Virus record (IMG/VR): IMGVR_UViG_2531839531_000004
Span: 1 to 35,498 of that record
Strand: one strand, 5' to 3'
Source: a virus
Taxonomy: Duplodnaviria; Heunggongvirae; Uroviricota; Caudoviricetes
DNA: 35,498 nucleotides
Within the stretch, counting starts at the first letter, position 1, and every line of letters starts with the position of its first letter. Shown piece after piece: positions 32,567-35,498 of this stretch. Made by a program: the position numbers and the translations under genes. The notes beneath the pieces are model-generated. The model searched no databases. It was not told the DNA's origin and saw nothing but the letters and a program-made list of their open reading frames with translations.

Positions 32567-33310
32567 ATGACAGAGACAGAATCAGCGATTCTGGCGCACG
32601 CCCGGCGATGTGCGCCAGCGGAGTCGTGCGGCTTCGTGGTGAGAACGCCGGAAGGGGAAAGATATTTTCCCTGCGTGAATATCTCCGGTGAGCCGGAGGC
32701 GTATTTCCGGATGTCGCCGGAGGACTGGCTGCGGGCAGAGATGCAGGGTGAGATTGTGGCGCTGGTCCACAGCCACCCCGGTGGTCTGCCCTGGCTGAGT
32801 GAGGCCGACCGGCGGCTGCAGGTGCAGAGTGATTTGCCGTGGTGGCTGGTCTGCCGGGGGACGATTCATAAGTTCCGCTGTGTGCCGCATCTCACCGGGC
32901 GGCGCTTTGAGCACGGTGTGACGGACTGTTACACACTGTTCCGGGATGCTTATCATCTGGCGGGGATTGAGATGCCGGACTTTCATCGTGAGGATGACTG
33001 GTGGCGTAACGGCCAGAATCTCTATCTGGATAATCTGGAGGCCACAGGGCTGTATCAGGTGCCGTTGTCATCAGCACAACCGGGCGATGTGCTGCTGTGC
33101 TGTTTTGGTTCATCGGTGCCGAATCATGCCGCCATTTACTGTGGTGATGGCGAGCTGCTGCACCATATTCCTGAACAACTGAGTAAACGAGAGAGGTACA
33201 CCGACAAATGGCAGCGACGCACACACTCCCTCTGGCGTCACCAGGCATGGCACGCATCTGCCTTTACGGGGATTTACAACGATTTGGCCGCCGCATCGAT
33301 CTGCGTGTGA
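32567..33310 (+). CDS. K: Tail tip assembly protein K (long form, includes JAMM/MPN metalloprotease-like motif)
   Basis: 247-aa ORF starting 6 bp after the L stop. Contains HSHPGGLPWLSEAD (H-x-H-x7-S-x2-D). The classical shorter K would start at the internal ATG 32711 (MSPEDW...). Confidence 0.85.
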   Translation: MTETESAILAHARRCAPAESCGFVVRTPEGERYFPCVNISGEPEAYFRMSPEDWLRAEMQGEIVALVHSHPGGLPWLSEADRRLQVQSDLPWWLVCRGTIHKFRCVPHLTGRRFEHGVTDCYTLFRDAYHLAGIEMPDFHREDDWWRNGQNLYLDNLEATGLYQVPLSSAQPGDVLLCCFGSSVPNHAAIYCGDGELLHHIPEQLSKRERYTDKWQRRTHSLWRHQAWHASAFTGIYNDLAAASICV

Positions 33311-33879
33311 AAACGGGGGCCGAAGCCATCCGGGCGCTGGCCATGCAGATCCCGGCGTTTCGTCAGAAACTGAGCGACGGCTGGTATCAGGTACGGATTG
33401 CCGGGCGGGACGTCAGCACGTCCGGGTTAACGGCGCAGTTACATGAGACTCTGCCTGATGGCGCTGTGATTCATATTGTTCCCAGAGTCGCCGGGGCCAA
33501 GTCAGGTGGCGTATTCCAGATTGTCCTGGGAGCAGCCGCCATTGCCGGATCATTCTTTACTGCCGGAGCCACCCTTGCAGCGTGGGGGGCAGCCATTGGG
33601 GCCGGTGGTATGACCGGCATCCTGTTTTCTCTCGGTGCCAGTATGGTGCTCGGTGGTGTGGCCCAGATGCTGGCACCGAAAGCCAGAACTCCCCGTACAC
33701 AGACAACGGATAACGGTAAGCAGAACACCTATTTCTCCTCACTGGATAACATGGTTGCCCAGGGCAATGTTCTGCCGGTTCTGTACGGTGAAATGCGCGT
33801 GGGGTCGCGGGTGGTCTCTCAGGAGATCAGCACGGCAGACGAAGGGGATGGTGGTCAGGTTGTGGTGATTGGTCGCTGA
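33208..33879 (+). CDS. I: Tail tip assembly protein I
   Basis: 223 aa, matches lambda gpI; overlaps the K 3' end in another frame, as in lambda. Confidence 0.92.
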   Translation: MAATHTLPLASPGMARICLYGDLQRFGRRIDLRVKTGAEAIRALAMQIPAFRQKLSDGWYQVRIAGRDVSTSGLTAQLHETLPDGAVIHIVPRVAGAKSGGVFQIVLGAAAIAGSFFTAGATLAAWGAAIGAGGMTGILFSLGASMVLGGVAQMLAPKARTPRTQTTDNGKQNTYFSSLDNMVAQGNVLPVLYGEMRVGSRVVSQEISTADEGDGGQVVVIGR

Positions 33880-33895
33880 TGAAAAACGTTTATGT

Positions 33896-33920
33896 GAAAC
33901 CGCCTCCGGGCGGTTTTGTC
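33896..33920 (+). terminator. I-J intergenic hairpin with T-run
   Basis: AACCGCC / GGCGGTT stem with 4-nt loop, then TT and GTCGTTT. Confidence 0.3.
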
Positions 33921-33938
33921 GTTTATGGAGCGTGAGGA

Positions 33939-35498
33939 ATGGGTAAAGGCAGCAGTAAGGGGCATACTCCGCGCGAAGCGAAGGACAACCTGAAGTCCAC
34001 GCAGTTGCTGAGTGTGATCGATGCCATCAGCGAAGGGCCGGTTGAAGGTCCGGTGGATGGATTAAAAAGCGTGCTGCTGAACAGTACGCCAGTGCTGGAC
34101 AGTGAGGGGAATACCAATATCTCCGGCGTCACGGTGGTGTTCCGGGCCGGTGAGCAGGAGCAGACACCGCCGGAGGGATTTGAATCCTCCGGCTCCGAGA
34201 CGGTGCTGGGTACGGAAGTGAAATACGACACGCCGATCACCCGGACCATCACGTCGGCAAACATTGACCGACTGCGTTTTACCTTCGGCGTGCAGGCACT
34301 GGTGGAAACCACCTCAAAGGGGGACAGGAATCCGTCGGAAGTCCGCCTGCTGGTTCAGATCCAGCGTAATGGTGGCTGGGTGACGGAAAAAGATATCACC
34401 ATTAAGGGCAAAACCACCTCGCAGTATCTGGCCTCGGTGGTGGTGGGTAACCTGCCGCCGCGCCCGTTCAATATCCGGATGCGCAGGATGACGCCGGACA
34501 GCACCACAGACCAGCTGCAGAACAAAACGCTCTGGTCGTCATACACCGAAATCATCGATGTGAAACAGGGCTACCCGAACACGGCACTGGTCGGCGTGCA
34601 GGTGGATTCGGAGCAGTTCGGCAGCCAGCAGGTGAGCCGTAATTATCATCTGCGCGGGCGCATTCTGCAGGTGCCGTCGAACTATAACCCGCAGACGCGG
34701 CAATACAGCGGTATCTGGGACGGGACGTTTAAACCGGCATACAGCAACAACATGGCCTGGTGTCTGTGGGATATGCTGACCCACCCGCGCTACGGCATGG
34801 GGAAACGTCTCGGTGCGGCGGATGTGGACAAATGGGCGCTGTATGTCATCGGCCAGAATTGTGACCAGTCGGTGCCGGACGGCTTTGGCGGTACGGAGCC
34901 GCGCATCACCTGTAATGCCTGGCTGACCACACAGCGCAAGGCGTGGGATGTGCTCAGTGATTTCTGCTCGGCGATGCGCTGTATGCCGGTATGGAACGGG
35001 CAGACGCTGACGTTCGTGCAGGACCGACCGTCGGATAAGGTGTGGACCTATAACCGCAGTAATGTGGTGATGCCGGATGATGGTGCGCCGTTCCGCTACA
35101 GCTTCAGCGCCCTGAAGGACCGCCATAATGCCGTTGAGGTGAACTGGATTGACCCGAATAACGGCTGGGAGACGGCGACAGAGCTTGTGGAGGACACGCA
35201 GGCCATTGCCCGTTACGGTCGTAACGTCACGAAGATGGATGCTTTTTGGCTGTACCAGCCGGGGGCAGGCACACCGCGCCGGGCTGTGGCTGATTAAAAC
35301 AGAACTGCTGGAAACGCAGACCGTGGACTTCAGCGTGGGTGCCGAAGGGCTTCGCCATGTACCGGGCGATGTCATTGAAATCTGCGATGATGACTATGCC
35401 GGTATCCGCACCGGCGGGCGCGTGCTGGCGGTAAACAGCCAGACCCGGACGCTGACGCTCGACCGTGAAATCACGCTGCCATCTTCCGGCACCACGCT
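33939..35498 (+). pseudogene. J: Central tail fibre / host-specificity protein J, interrupted by a +1-nt frameshift; 3' end beyond the window
   Basis: The first 452 codons match lambda gpJ, then stop at 35295-35297. After the T5 run at 35244-35248 the next frame stays open to the window end and reads GCTSRGQAHRAGLWLIKTELLETQTVDFSVGAEGLRHVPGDVIEICDDDYAG..., which I recall as the lambda J continuation. Confidence 0.8.

Overview
This 35.5 kb window is a mosaic, IS-invaded lambdoid prophage of an Enterobacteriaceae host (E. coli-like). All protein and site identifications rest on my recollection of phage lambda, phage 21 and the K-12 DLP12 prophage; no database search was run. Layout: (1) 6-4061, an IS3-family element (14-bp inverted repeats, frameshifted orfB) sitting at the left end of an IS66-family element (tnpA/tnpB/tnpC). 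(2) 4134-8660, a lambda-type immunity and replication module: cI, oR1-3, cro, nutR, cII, oop/t0, O with ori iterons, P, ren, tR2. The lambda left arm (oL/pL, N, nutL, cIII, recombination, int/xis) is not present in the window, and the rexA/rexB slot beside cI holds a single AT-rich gene for an unrecognised one-TM protein. (3) 8660-13457, a nin region interrupted by a second IS66-family element inserted in ninB, followed by a 5'-truncated Dam-like methyltransferase, ninE, two small ORFs, rusA, ylcG and a QuuD-type Q. (4) 13646-18239, DLP12/phage-21-like cargo and lysis genes: an intact NmpC/Lc-type porin on the opposite strand, S21-type holin, SAR endolysin, Rz/Rz1, a KilA-N protein, ybcV and ylcI-like. 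(5) 18400-35498, lambda cos and the morphogenetic operon Nu1 through J, with J interrupted by a 1-bp frameshift and running off the window end. No tRNA, rRNA or CRISPR array was seen. The most interesting candidate for an undescribed system is the gene at 4183-5220, which occupies the known rexAB defence slot and would be co-expressed with the repressor.
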